Assembly (NCBI GenBank): GCA_030390025.1
Contig: CM059433.1
Span: 24,740,001-24,804,000, forward strand
Direction: 5' to 3'
DNA from: Squalus acanthias
Taxonomy: Eukaryota
DNA: 64,000 bases
The notes beneath the pieces were generated by a model, which saw nothing but the letters and a program-made list of their open reading frames with translations, did no database searches and was not told the DNA's origin. Positions 40,921-55,300 of the stretch are shown piece by piece; positions within the stretch are counted from its first letter, which is position 1; every line of letters starts with the position of its first letter. The translations under genes and the position numbers were made by a program.

Positions 40921-41877
40921 TCTACCATGACCTGTGAAGTGTGCAAGTTTTTAATAATCGCAACATAAAATTATTTGGGGGGGGGGGAATAAAACAAAGA
41001 AAAAAGGAAGAATGTGCTGGTGTATCAACTCACTGTGAGAACTGTGGGTTGTTCATTTATCTGCGTGAATTTTCCACATTTTGAGTTTCCTGCTTGGACT
41101 TGGTTGTGAAAGAGAAGTGCTCTGGATAAGAGATGCTTCTCATTCTTCCTCCCCATCCCCAACACCACCAGCAAGCAGGGTGGAGAAAATTGCTGGCTCA
41201 TTTGCCCTGTGCCATTATTTTGTAACTCCAGTAAACCTGTTTTTGCTATTCTTTATTATAACCCACAAAATAAAACTAATCAATCCCTGCATGGTCTTCA
41301 TAAACCAGAACCAATGTCTAATTGTTTAAATTTAGATATATCTGATATCCACCTACGTCAAGACCTAACCGCTTAATAAGCCTATGTTTATTGACTGGAA
41401 AAGCAGATGCCTGATGTCTGAGCAGAGTTTAGATGCTAAAGATACTAATTCTATATATGGCTTCTTTCCAATCTTTCATTTTGTCTTGCATTCAGTGAGC
41501 ATTATGTGCAAGTCCATTAAAGTTTACATTTTTTTTAGTTTGTGTGATGTACAAAATATTCTCCCTTTTGCCCAACATCTTCAAATCCTACAAAGTCCAT
41601 GCAGAAGTGATTCCAGTGTAGTTACGACTGTACAGCCTGCTTTGTAGACCGTATAAACTTGTAATGAGTGACGGAACAAATGTTTTCTTAAAACTTGTTG
41701 TTTCAACACCCTTAATACTACCTATATAAAAGAATATTCTGAAATCTGTGAATTATGTTAAGTTGCCAAATAGCAACTGACACAAACAAAGCTGTAATCT
41801 TGTGGTATAAATTACTGGGATTTCTGCTGTACTGTGTATTTGCTATGAGGCAGAATTAGTGGGATTCCTGCTATATT

Positions 41878-42625
41878 GGCCCGGATTGTGCAGTCAGCAG
41901 CCAAAGAATGGCGTTCACCGTTCATTGCACTTACAGCTGTCCGCAGAATTTTTGTGGGCTTTACGATTACTAGAGATCCTTTTCAGCATGGCGCCCTCTA
42001 CAATGCATCTGTGGCATGTATGAGGAGGGCAAGCAACAGCATGTCTCTGCAACCAATCAGATTGAAGAATCCTCACTGAGACCCACAGAGACTAAACCAG
42101 GAAGTGTAAATTAGAATGTTTAATGCAAAGTAAAATCATGTACAAAAAGAAAAATAAAGAGAGGGAAAGAAAGATGGGATCAAGAGAGAGAGAGAGAGAA
42201 AAGAGACAGAAAGAAAAAGTTTTAAAAAAAAGTTTCATTTTTTTTAAACTCCAGCAATAATTAAATTCTGAAGGAATGAGACTCTGCACTAGTCATACTT
42301 AATTTTCAGGGCCAGAGATTGTTTGGTAGTAATTAAAACTTATGCTGTTAAAAAATTCGCTTACACCTGAATGCCCCAGCCCTAACTTTTTCTGGTGTAA
42401 CTCGTGGGCAAGTACAGCAACTTCACGCCCTTACATGTATTTTAATGCCAATTCTCTCGGCAAAGTACTGGTAGAGTGCAGCTTGTGGAGGAGCAGGGCA
42501 AATCGGACAGCAACTTCCAGATATCCGTGTTTAGCTGCGGACGCCGGAAGTTGCTGTCCGATTTACTCCATAATAACGGTGAGCGCCAATAGCCTCACCG
42601 TTATTCCTACCGCAAAATCCGGGCC
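41878..42625. mobile_element. PIF/Harbinger-type MITE
   Basis: TIRs GGCCCGGATT(G/T)TGC(A/G)GT; ATT on both flanks; subterminal hairpin AATAACGGTGAG..CTCACCGTTATT. Confidence 0.82.
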
Positions 42626-43911
42626 ATTGTGTTTTTTCCAGTAAAGCACTGTTTGGCTTCCTTCCATCCAAGTAATCTGCTGTACGACAAGCTTTGATTG
42701 CTAGATACAGTGACTCCCCTATTAGTTGGCTACTACAGTTCAGTAGATTTATCTTTCCTGTCTCAAGTGTACATTCTCAATATTGTCTGCTCTTTGCAGC
42801 TGTTAAAGATGCACTGAGCTTGTGCGATGTTAGAATGATTTTATGAAATACTTGTTGTATCTTGTAAAGCAGCCTTGAATCATTATAGTAGGAGGTCTTT
42901 CAAGCTGTGTGGAGGATCCTCATAGGAACAGTTTATTCTAATCCTATTTCCCTGCTCTTTTACCCTCAATTTTTTTCTTTGTGTTTAGCTATTTCCCACT
43001 TAAATATGATTGACCCGGCTTTAATAGCCATTGGTGGTAAAATAATAAGGGATATATGAGACAAATTAATGGGTTTTAACAGTCTGGGGCTCAAATGTAT
43101 AACAAGTCAACAAATATCCTATCCTTACTGCTGCTGTTCCACTAATCTCTTCTCATGAAAAATTGAGAACAGGCACACTTCCGCATGCAAGTGTCTGATC
43201 CCTTTCCAAAAATGCCAGTAAATTGCAACTTTCTTATTCATTTCGCATATATAAAAAAAAGTGGCAATATTTTTTGAAATGTGGTCATCTTGCAGTGGGA
43301 GCTTCTTTTACCCCCTGCCCTCCCTCCTTTGCCTGACTATTTCCGGCACATATTTGTGTTGTATCTCCACGGCATGTAGGCCTTTTCTATCACTAATTTG
43401 TGAGTTCCTAATCTCTCTATCAGATTGCCAAGTTGGCAAAGTGAGTTACATCTCGACACTATCCCAGCCGGAGGGAGGAAAATCACAGGCAATGCCCCTC
43501 AAGCCATTCTTCATTCCATGTCCTTTTAAGTCCCAAGTGTGGAGAATTTGAGATATTTTGGTTATTGCACATCGTCTGAATTATAACTTTAAAAATGTTA
43601 AGCGCTTAATTTGGAATAACCCACAGAATTATAGGATAAATAGGATTTAGACTTCATCTACACCTCAGAAAACTATCAACTTGACAGTACTTCTCAACTA
43701 CTTAAACAGAATTGCCTCTAGTAGCACTGCACCCTCTGAAATATATTAAAAGAAAAAAGGAAAACTGCTACTTCTGGTGAACACATACAACATGAGATTT
43801 TTTTGTTTGTCGTTGGTTTATACAGTTGGGTCACTTCCAGTACTACTAATGAGATACCGTAGGTAGTAGTTAGGCATCTTGCTGTTTACTTATTTTTCAT
43901 TTTATGTCTAG

Positions 43912-44070
<159 letters not shown>

Positions 44071-45580
44071 AGTTTTACCTCAGACTCTCACCTCGTGTGT
44101 CTCCCTGACTGTGTAAACATTAACGTTAACCCATCCCTGGAACTGTTCCAGTCTGTTTGTACACACCAACCCCACCTGATTTTGTTTCTTCATGTCAGCA
44201 AGGTTTTATAGTAACTGCAACCTGGAAGAAAGTGCCTTGTTTCCGCCAGTGATTGCACCGATCTGCCCAAAAATATTCTGCACGTTTTATCATGTCATTT
44301 AAAAAAAAAAGAACTATTCATCTTTTTTTTATATATATATAAAAAAATAGATGCACTACTGTATAGAATTAGAAATCCTTGCATATAATTTTGTTATCCA
44401 CAGGGTGAATGCATTTTTTAAAAAGTATATTTTTGGGTGGTGTATGCCCAGGTATTTGGACCTGCTGAAAAATAATTGTACAGTTTTATGTGAAATTTGA
44501 TACTTTTTATACGGTTTGGCAGCTTGGATTGTGTAAATTTTAAAATTTTTGTATAGCAAGTTTAATAATAGAAGGTAATGCGAGTTTTGAATTTCATCAA
44601 GGGCAATGGTACACATTTTTAATAGCTATAGAAATCAATTCTTAGTTTCCCAAATCATCCGCATTCTGTCTTCAAACTGTTGATCTACTCACTGTGCCCC
44701 TCTTTCCCCACCCTCCCCTCCCCTCCCCATGTTGTAAGCCAAATCTTTGATGTGATGTACTTAATAGCACAAAGCTCTTTTTCTCCTTGGGATGGTCTTG
44801 TCGTGGTTAGGTACTGTGGTTTTTTTTGGGGGTACAGAAATACACTACACCGGAGGTGTACACGTCGGAACTTGCAGGCTTGTTGTAACCTTTAAACCAT
44901 GCCCTGCTGAATAAATGGAATTTGCACCAAACAAATATGCTGTGACTAACGCTTTCAAGGGTTAATTCTAATCAGCGTAACCCCTTCCATCATGTTCCCT
45001 CTCCTAGCATTGCATTTTCTTTTGACTGGAATTTGTCAACTGTTGCGCAAGTTGCAAACAGTTTTATAATGTGTGAAACCTGGGGTCCAGTCTTGATTTT
45101 TGTTCATTGATCACATACTGCACAAGAAATGTTATGATTTGTTTTACAATAAATGAAGGCTTTGTGCTGGCCATACTTAACCACTAATGAATAAAAATTT
45201 GGCAATAGTCTTTCAAATGAGCAGGCCATTTTCCAGTTCAGTTTATTTTCTGCTGGTGCTGAGAAATCTTGAATTGTTGGCTGTAAACTTATGTGACCTC
45301 CAGTGAGGTAAAGCATAGAAGTAAAGCTTAAGTGGTTTATGAACATTGTCTTAAGAGATTGTTACGGGTTTGAGGTCACTCCTTGCTATCTGTTCAGAAG
45401 GTATCCTGAACACTTTCGTTTCGGTAATTAAATTCATGACTCTTTTCGTTACCGATGGTCCTGTGTCTGGAAACTGTAGAGGTGGGTTTGTATTAATTCA
45501 TTGATCTGCTTGTTTGATAACATTAGATACTTTTTTTTAGAATTTTTGGCTAATAAACATGATTAACTTTTGTAAGAATC
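44071..45580 (+). other. LRRC1: LRRC1 3' UTR (end uncertain) with several candidate poly(A) signals
   Basis: Repeat-free AU-rich sequence after the stop; AATAAA at 44910-44915, 45148-45153, 45190-45195 and 45552-45557. The site actually used cannot be determined from sequence. Confidence 0.6.
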
Positions 45581-46897
45581 TATGACGAAAGCAAATGTTT
45601 TGAAATTAATTTTTATAAGTGTGATTGGAAAAATTGACCTTGGGCGTTCTGTAGTCTACGCATGGCAAGCAGTATGTCTACCTATTGAGAGTTTGCTGCT
45701 TTTGACTTTTATTTATCCTTTGCTGTTAGCACATAGATCAGTTTTGCTGGGGTTTTTTTCCCAGTGCTGCAGCTTTTCAGCAACTACAGGGTTTTATTTT
45801 TGGAAGGACTTATTTTTTTCCTTTTGATAGTTTTGACATTTGCCTCAAATCTTCAGTTGACTACATAACATTTCTGTGTGTAGTATATATTGCAATGATA
45901 TATGTCAACAGCATAATTTATGCCTTTTGTTAACTTAATTGGTATTTCTGAAGTCCTGTTGTTAACATCAAATTTATTCCCGTGCTGCAGTTTTGCTAAC
46001 TTCTTCAAAGCAGGTTTTTGCAAAACTGAGTTACATGACCATGGTTTTACTCTAGTATTTCATTAATGGACGAATGATTGAGCAAGTTGCTCCTGTGTTG
46101 GGTTTTATGTTCTGACATTGTGCAGGAAATCGATTGCTTTCCCATATTTTGAATGAAAGCCTGCTTATAGACTCGTCATCAGCTCTTGCCCTCTCCCCAT
46201 GATTGGCAGCGATATCGGCTGTAGCTTTCAGCATGAATATGTCACTCACATCCTCTACCCTGTGAAACTTTTGTCTTGGTTCAAGATGTTTTGCTCTCAA
46301 GAGCATTTTATTATTTTTGTTCACAAGAAAAGTGCTCTCATGCATCCTGGGCTTCAAAGTATGTACATTCTGAAGTTAGGCCTAATTCATTTCAAGGGTT
46401 CTCCACATGCTAAGAATCTGCCTTTAAAATTGAATCTGTAGTTCAAATCTAAAATGCAGCTCAGACACTCCAAGTTAAAGAACTCTTTGTCTACACAGGT
46501 GGTCATTGCATTTGGTCACTAATGCATGTCAAGGTGGCTTCTTTATTGTCTTCTCTGGCTCGGGACGAATCATTAAACATTCTTCGAAACCAGCAGACTT
46601 GCTTCAGCTTGTACTCTAAAATCACATTATTGGAAGTTGCCGATGGGTCTCCTGTATTGCGTGGCACGAGGACATCTGCCTCAGTGTCTACTGGGCAAAG
46701 GCAAAGAATTTGGCATGCCCTTCAAAAGTTTTTCTATCTTGGTCATAACGCTCTCATCTTGGAACTTTGCCTAAACTGACACTCGTGGTTCTGAACGGAT
46801 TCTTGTGGCTGATGCCACTTCACTGTTAAGATTTACATTATGCTCTTGAATCCTAGTTTTTCAGGGTTCATTAACTCAGTCAGTTCAAGCTGGAAGT

Positions 46898-48705
46898 TGC
46901 ATAGAATTACATAGAAATTACAGCACAGAAACAGGCCATTCGGCCCAATTGGTCTACGCTGGTGTTTATGCTCCGCACGAGCCTCCTCCTATCCTACATC
47001 ATCTAACCCTATCAGCATATCCTTCTATTACTTTCTCATGTACTTATCGAGCTTCCCCTTAAATATATCTATGCTATTCACCCAACTACTCCTTGTGGTA
47101 GCAAGTTCCACATTCTAACTACTTTCTGGGGAAAAAGTTACTCCTGAATTGCTTATTTGACTTTCCTTATATTTATGACCCCTAGATTTGAACTCCTCAG
47201 AAGTCAAAATGTCTTCTATACGTCTACCATATCAAACCCCTTCATAATTTTAAAGACCTCTATTACATTACCCCTCAGCCTTATCTTCTCTAGAGAAAAG
47301 AGCCCCAGCCTGTTCAGTCTTTCCTGATAAGTATAACCTCTCAGTCTGGTATCATCCTTGTAAATCTTTTTTTTTGAAACCCCTTCTCCAGTGCCTCTAT
47401 ATCTTTGTTGTAACATGGAGACCAGAACTGTGCACGGTGCTCCACGTGTGATCTAACCAAGGTTCTATATAAGTTTAACATAACTTCTCTGCTTTTCAAT
47501 TCTATTCCTCCTAGAAATGAACCTCAGTGCTTTGTTTATGGCCTTATTAACCTACATTGCTACTTTTAATGACTTGTGAATGTGTACCCCTAGATCCCTT
47601 TACTCTTCTATCCCATTTAGACTCTTATTTTCCAAGGAGTTATGTGGCCTCCTTACTCCTCTTCGTAAAATGCTTCGCCTCACACTTATCTATATTGAAA
47701 TCCATTTGCCACTTAAACGCCCATTCTGCAAATTTATTGATATCGTCCTGTATTTTGTCGCAGTCTTTCAAAGTATTAATGACACACTCACTTCATCTGT
47801 AAATTTTGAAATTGTACTTCTGATTTTCAAGTTCAAATCATTTATGTAAATGATGAACAACAGTGGTCCCAACACCGATCCCTGTAGAACATCACTTCTC
47901 ACCTTCCGCAAGTCTGCGAAACTACCTTTAACCCCTACTTTCTGTTTTGTAGCTGGCTTCCTATCCATTCTGCTACTTGCCCCTGACTCCACATTCTCTG
48001 ACCTTAGACATGAGTCTACTATGCGGTACCTTATCAAAGGCTTTTTGAAAATCCAAGTATATTACATCTACTACATTGCCCTTGCCTACTCTTTCTGTTA
48101 CTTCAAAGAACTTAATAAGATTGGTCAAGCATGACCCTCCCTTTTGAAATCCGTGCTGACTACTCTTTATAATATTTTTGGTTTCTAGATGTTTTTCTGT
48201 TACATTTTTGAGTAAAGATTCCATTATCTTTCCGACCACTGATGTTAAGCTAACTGGTCTATAGTTCCCTGGACTTTCTCTATCTCCCCCTTTAAATATA
48301 GGAATAACATTAGCTGTCCACTAGTCCTCTGGCACTATTACCTCTGCCTCTGCTGTCTCTTCCCTAACTTTGTTTAATATGCATGGATACAATCCATCTG
48401 GAACAGGGTTTTATCCTCTCTAAGTTTGACTAGTTTATCAATTATCTCCCCCATTTCTATCTTAAATGTTTTGATATTTTTTTGATCTCTTCTAATGTCA
48501 TGTCCACCCTATTGGTCTCCCTGGTAAATACTGAAACAAAATAACTATTCAATAGTTCTGCCATTTCACTGTCCTTACCTGTGAGTTTATCTTGTACATC
48601 CTTTAGTGGCACTAATCCTATCCTGATTTTCATTTTGCCATTCACGTAGAATACTTTGCTGTTTCTTTTTATATTTGATTTAATTTTGTAGTTCCTCTGT
48701 GCCTT
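46898..48705 (-). mobile_element. CR1 LINE 3' half, frameshifted
   Basis: [44 protein letters not shown]; tail catagaattacatagaaattacagcacagaaacaggccattcggccc. Confidence 0.93.
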
Positions 48706-48917
48706 CCGTTATTGGATGAGCAGAAATTTCCTCCAATTAAATATTGGGAAGACTGAAGCCATTGTCTTCGGTCCCCACCACAAACTCCATTCCCGAGCCA
48801 TCGAGTCCATTCCTCTCCCTGGCCACTGTTTGAGGCTGAACTAGACCATTCACAAACTTGCCGTCCTATTTAACCCTGAGCTGAGCTTCCGACCTCCTCT
48901 CCATCAACAAGACCGTT

Positions 48918-51770
48918 TTAAAATTCATTCCTGGGATGTGGGCGTTGCTGGCAAGGCCAGCATTTATTGCCCATCCCTAATTGCCCTTGAGAAGGTGGTG
49001 ATGAGCCGCCACCTTGAACCGCTGCAGTCCGTGTGGTGAAGGTACTCCCACAGTGCTGTTAGGGAGGGAGTTCCACGATTTTGACCCAGCGACGCTGAAG
49101 GAACAGTGATATATTTCCAAGTCAGGATGGTGTGTAACATGGAGGGGAACTTGCAGGTGGTGGTGTTTCCATGCACCTGCTGCCCTTGTCCTTCTAGGTG
49201 GTAGAGGTTTGAAGCCTTGGTGAGTTGCTGCAGTGTATCTTGTAGATGGTGCAGGGAGTGATTGTTTAAGGTGGTGGATGGGGTGCCAATCAAGTGGGCT
49301 GCTTTGTCCTGGATAGTGTCGAGCTTCTTGAATGTTGTTGGCACTGCACTCATCCAGGCAAATGGAGAGTATTCCATCACACTCCTGACTTGTGCCTTGT
49401 AGATGGTGGAAAGGCTTTGGGGAGTCAGGAGGAGAGACACTCGCTGCAGAATACCCAGCCTCTGACCTGCTCTTGTAGCCACAGTATTTACGTGGCTGGT
49501 CCAGTTAAGCTTCTGGTCACTGGTGACCCCCAGGATGTTGATGGTGGCGGATTTGGTGATTGTAATGCCGGTGAATGTCAAGGGGCGGTGGTTAGACTCT
49601 CGCTTGTTGGAGATATTCATTGCCTGGCCCTTGTGTGGCGCCAATGTTACTTGCCACTTATCAGCCCAAGCCTGAATGTCATCCAGGTCTTGCTGCATGC
49701 GGGCATGGACTGCTTCATTATCTGTGGAGTTACGAATGGAACTGAACACTGTTCAATCATCAGCGAACCTACCCACTTCTGACCTTATGATGGAGGGAAG
49801 GTCATTGATGAAGCAGCTGACGATGGTTGGGCCTAGAACACTGCCCTGAGGAACTCCTGCAGGAATGTCCTGGGACTGAGATGACTGTTCTCCAACAACC
49901 ACAACCATCTTCCTTTGTGCTAGGGTTGACTCCAGCCAGTGGAGCGTTTTCCCCCTGATTCCCTTTGACTTCAATTTTACGAGGACTCCTTCATGACACA
50001 CTCAGTCAAATGCTGTCTTGATGTCAAGGGCAGTCACTCTCACCACTGGAATTCAGCTCTTTTGTCCATGTTTGGACCAAGGCTGTAATGAGGTCTGTAG
50101 TCGAGTGCTCCTCGCGGAACCCAAATTGAGCATCGGTGCGCAGGTTATTGGTGAGTAAGTGCCAATTGATAGCACTGTCGACAACACCTTCTATCACTTT
50201 GCTGATGATTGAGAGTAGACTGATGGGGCGGTAATTGGCTGGATTGGATTTGTCCTGCTTTTTATGGACAGAACATACTGGGCAGTTTTCCACATTGTTG
50301 GATAGATGCCAGTGTTATAGCTGTACTGCAACAGCTTGGCTCGAGGCGTGGCCAGTTCTGGAGCACAAGTCTTCAGCACGACAGCCGGGATGTTGTCTGG
50401 GCCCATAGCCTTTGCTGTATCCAGTGCGCTCAGCCATTTCTTGAGATCACGTGGAGTGAATTAAATTGGCTGAAGACTGGCTTCTGTAATGGTGAGGACC
50501 TCAGGAGGAGGCCGATATGGATCATCCACTCGGCACTTCTGGCTGAAGATGGTTGCAAACACTTCAGCCTTGTCTTTTGCACTCGAGTGCTGGGCTCCGT
50601 CATCATTGAAGATGGAGATATTCATGGAGCCTCCTCCTCCCGTTAGTTGTTTAATTGTCCACCACCATTCACGACTGGATGTGGCAGGACTGCAGAGCTT
50701 TGATCTGATCTGTTGATTGTTGGATTGCTTAGCTCTGTCTATAGCATGCTGCTTTCACTGTTTTCAATGCATGTAGTCCTGTGTTGCAGCTTCCCCAGGT
50801 TGGCACCTCATTTTTAGGTACGCCTGGTGTGCTGCTCCTGGCAAGCTCTTCACTCCTCATTAAACCAGGGTTGGTCCCCTGGCTTGATGGTAATGGTAGA
50901 GTGAGGGATATGTCAGGCCATGAGGTTACAGATTGTAGTAGAATACAAATCTGCTGCTGCTGATGGCCCATAGCGCCTCATGGATGCCCAGTTTTGAGCT
51001 GCTAGATCTATTCTGAATCTCCCATTTAGCACGGTGGTAGTGCCACACAACACGATGGAGGGTGAAGACAAGACTGTGCGGTGGTCACTGCTACCAATGC
51101 TGTCATGGACAGATGCATCTGCGACAGGTAGATTGGTGAGGACGCGGTCAAGTAGGTTTTTCCCTCCTGTTGGTTCTCTCACCACCTGCCATCTTCCTAG
51201 TCTGACAGCTATGTCCTTCAGGACTCGGCCAGCTCGGTCAGTAGTGGTGCTACCAAGCCATTCTTGGTGGTGGACATTGAAGTGCTTCTTCCAAATGGTG
51301 TTCAGCATAGAGGAGTACTGAGACATTAGCTGAGGGAGACCGGTAGGTGGTAATCAGCAGGGCGGTAGGTGGTAATCAGCAGGAGATTTCCTTGCCCATG
51401 CTTGACCTACAGCTATGAGACTTCATGGGGTCTGGAGTCCATGTTGAGGACTCCCAGGGCCACTCCCTCCCGAGTGTATATCATTGTGCCGCCACCTCTG
51501 GTGGGTTTGTCCTGCCGGTGGCGGCACAAATGGTGATGGAGGAGTCTGGGACATTGGCTGAAAGGTATGCTTCTGTGAGTATGACTATGTTAGGCTGTTG
51601 CTTGACTAGTCTATGGGACAGCTCTCCCAATTTTAGCACAAGTCCCCAGATGTTAGTGAGGAGGACTTTGCAGGGTCGACTGGGCTGAGTGCCGTTGTCG
51701 TGTCCGAAGCCGGTGCTCGGGTTGATGCCGGGTGGTCCGTCTGGTTTTATTTTTATTGTTTTTCGCAACT
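48918..51770 (-). mobile_element. Near full-length LINE family Z (single APE-RT frame, decayed; CR1/Jockey group)
   Basis: LLTNIWGL..QPNIVILTE, FNVHHQEWLGS..LLDRVLTN..SSDH (APE); [34 protein letters not shown] (RT); no ORF1 seen. Confidence 0.9.
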
Positions 51771-52026
51771 GAGTGGCAGTTAAGAGTCAACCACATTGCT
51801 GTGGGTATGGTGTCACATATAGGCCAGACCACGTAAGGATGGCAGATTTCCTTCCCTAAAGAACATTAGTGAACCAGATGGGTTTTTACGACAATCCGAT
51901 TTATTTAATTAACTGAATTTCAATTCCCCAGCTGATTTGGTGGGATTTGAACTCGCGTCTACTGGATCATTAGTCCAGGCCTCTGGTTTACTAGTCCAGT
52001 AACATAACCACAATGCTACCGTTCCC
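51771..52026 (-). mobile_element. tRNA-derived SINE head plus conserved central (Meta-like) domain, contiguous with the LINE Z 5' end
   Basis: Minus strand: A box TAGCATTGTGG, B box GTTCAAATCC, then CTGGTTCACTAATGTTCTTTAGGGAAGGAAATCTGCCATCCTTACGTGGTCTGGCCTATATGTGAC, which I recognise as MetaSINE-like. Confidence 0.72.
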
Positions 52027-52346
52027 GGTTCCTGGTCTACTTCCACCTCTGCAATGCTACCGTTCCCGGTTCCTGGTCTACTTCCACCTCTGTTACATAA
52101 CCTTTATACCACCCCTACCTCAGCTCATCTGGTGCTGAAAACCTCATCCATGCCTTTGTTACTTCCAGACTCGACTATTCCCATGCTCTCCTGGCCCACC
52201 TTGCACTCTCCGTAAACTTGAGCTCATCCAAAACTTGCTGACCTACATTGGCGCCCAGTCTGGCAAAGTCTCGATTTTAAAATTTTCATCCATGTTTTCA
52301 ACTCCCTTCATGACCTTGCCCCCCCCCCCCCCGCCCCCCTCCCTAT

Positions 52347-55300
52347 AGAGTCATAGAGTTATACAGCACAGAAAGAGGCCCATCGTGTCCGCGCTGGCCA
52401 TCAAGCCCTCTCTATTCTAATCCCATATTCCAGCACTTGGTCCATAGCCTTGTATGCTATGGCGTTTCAAGTGCTCATCTAAATGCTTTTTGAATGTTGA
52501 GGGTTCCTGCCTCTACCACCCTTTCAGGCAGTAAGTTCCAGATTCCAACCACCCACTAGGTGAAAAAGTTTTTCCTCAAATCCCCCCTAAACTTCCTGCC
52601 CCTTACCTTGAAACTATGCCCCCTGGTTATTGACCTCTCTACTAAGGGGGAAAGTTCCTTTCTATCTACCCAATCTATGCCTCTCATAATTTTGTACACC
52701 TCAATCAGGTCCCCCCTCAGCCTTCTCTGCTCTAAGGAAAACAACCCCAGCCTGTCCAGTCTCTCTCCATAGCTGAAGCGCTCCAGCACAGGTAACATCC
52801 TGGTGAATCTCCCCTGCACCCTCTCCAATGCAATCACATCCCTCCTATAGTGTGGCGACCAGAACTGCACACACTATTCCAGCTGTGGCCTAACTAGCGT
52901 TTTGTACAGCTCCATCATAACCTCCCTGCTCTTATATTCTATGCCTCGGCTAATGAAGGCAAGTATCCCATATGCCTTTTTAACCACCTTATCTACCTGT
53001 CCTGCTGCCTTCAGGGATCTATGTACACGCACACCAAGGTCCCTCTGATCCTCTGTCCTTCCGAGGGTCCTACCATTCATTGTGTATTCCCTTGCCTTGT
53101 TGGTCCTCCCAAAATGCATCACCTCACACTTTTCAGGGTTAAATTCCATTTGCCACTGTTCTGCCCATCCAACCAACCCATCTATATCGTCCTGTAGCCT
53201 GAGGCTTCCCTCCTCGCTATTTACCACTCCACCAATTTTCGTGTCATCTGCGAACTTACTGATCATACCGCCTACATTCATACCTAAATCATTAATGTAC
53301 ACTACAAACAGCAAAGGACCCAGCACCGATCCTTGCGGTACATCACTGGACACATGCTTCCAGTCACAAAAATAACCTTCGACCATCACCCTCTGCCTCC
53401 TGCCACTAAGCCAATTTTGGATCCAATGTGCCAAATTGCCCTGGATCCCATGGGCTCTTACCTTCTTGACCAGTCTCCCATGTGGGACTTTGTCAAAAGC
53501 CTTACTGAAGTCCACGTAGACTACATCAACTGCACTACCCTCATCCACACACCTAGTCACCCCCTCTCAAAATTCAATCAAATTGGTCAGACATGATCTC
53601 CCCCTGACAAAGCCATGCTGACTATCCTTGATTAATCCTTGCCTCTCCAAGTGGAGACTAATTCTGTCCCTCAGAATTTTTTCCAATAATTTCTCTACCA
53701 CTGATGTTAGGCTCACTGGCCTGTAATTCCCTGGTTTATCCCTACTACCCTTCTTGAATAATGGTACTACATTAGCTGTTCTCCAGTCCTCTGGCACCTC
53801 CCCTGTGGCCAGAGAGGTTCTGAAAATTTGTGTCCGAGCCCCTGCAATCTCCTCCCATGCCTCACACAGCAGCCTGGGATACATCTCGTCAGGGCCTGGG
53901 GATTTATCCACTTTTAAGCCCGCTAAAACCGTTAGTACCTCCTCCCTCTCGATACTAATTTGTTCAAGTATATCACAATCCCCCAGCCTGATTTCTATGC
54001 CTACATCGTCCTTCTCCATAGTGAACACAGATGCAAATATTTATTTAAAACCCCACCTACATCTTCCGGCTCTACACACAGATTGCCACTTTGGTCCCTC
54101 TTTCCCTGGTTATCCTCTTGCCCTTAATGTACTTATAAAACACCTTGGATTTTCCTTTATTTTGCCCGCTTCTTCGCTCTCCTAATTTCTTTTTTAAGTA
54201 CCCCCCCTGCACTTTCTATACTCCTCTAGGGCTTCCACTGTTTTTAGTCCTTTGTATCTGCCAAAAGCCTCCCTTTTTCCTAATCCATTCTTGTATATCC
54301 CTTGACATCCAGGGTTCCCTGGGCTTGTTGGTCCCACCCTTGACCTTTACGGGAACATGTTGGCGTGGTACTCTCTCTCTTTCCTTTCTGAAAGACTCCC
54401 ACTGCTCTGATGTGGATTTTCCTACAAGTAGCTGATCCCAGTCCACTTTGACCAGATCCTGCCTTATCATATTAAAATCGGCCTTCCCCCAATTTAGAAC
54501 CTTTATTTCCGGTCCATCTTTGTGCTTTTCCATGACTACCTTAAATCTCACCGAATTATGGTCACTGTCACCAAAATGCTCTACCACTTGCCCGGCTACA
54601 TTCCCTAGAATTAGGTCCAGTACCGCCCCCTCTCTTGTAGGACTTTCTACATGCTGGCTCAAAAAGCTCTGCTGGATGCACTTTAAGAATTCCGCCCCCT
54701 CTAAGCCTTTCACACTCTGACTATCCCAGTTAATATTGGGGAAGTTGAAATCCCCTACTATTATTACCGTATTATTTCTACACTTCTCTGCGTTTTGCCT
54801 ACATATCTGTTCCTCTATCTCCCCCTGACTGTTTGGGGGCCTACAGTACACTCCCAGCAAAGTGCTTGCCCCCTTTTTGTTTTTAAGTTCTACCCATATG
54901 GCCTCATTAGAGGAACCTGCTAAGATATCATCCCTCCTTACAGCAGTAATTGACTCCTTGATTAATATTGCGACACCCCCTCCTCTTTTACACCCCCTCT
55001 GTCTCGCCTGAAGATTCTATACCCCGGAATATTGAGCTGCCAGTCCTGCCCCTCCCTCAACCATGTCTCTGTGATGGCAACAATATCATACTCCCATGTG
55101 TTCATCAACACCTTCAATTCATCTGCCTTACTCGCAAGACTCCTTGCATTAAAATAAATGCCATCCAGCCTTGCCATACTCCCTTGTGCCGTTACATATT
55201 TGCTCTGCCTTCCAGGCTGACTTGGTTTTTTCCTCTATATTTGGCTGTGCATCACCCCCTACTTTGGCTCCACTCTGTATCCCATCCCCCTGCCAAGTTA

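Noticed and set aside
51341..51383. 22-bp tandem duplication inside LINE Z
   Set aside because: Ordinary slippage in a dead element.
51900..52026. Functional tRNA gene
   Set aside because: A and B boxes present but no proper cloverleaf; continues into SINE body.
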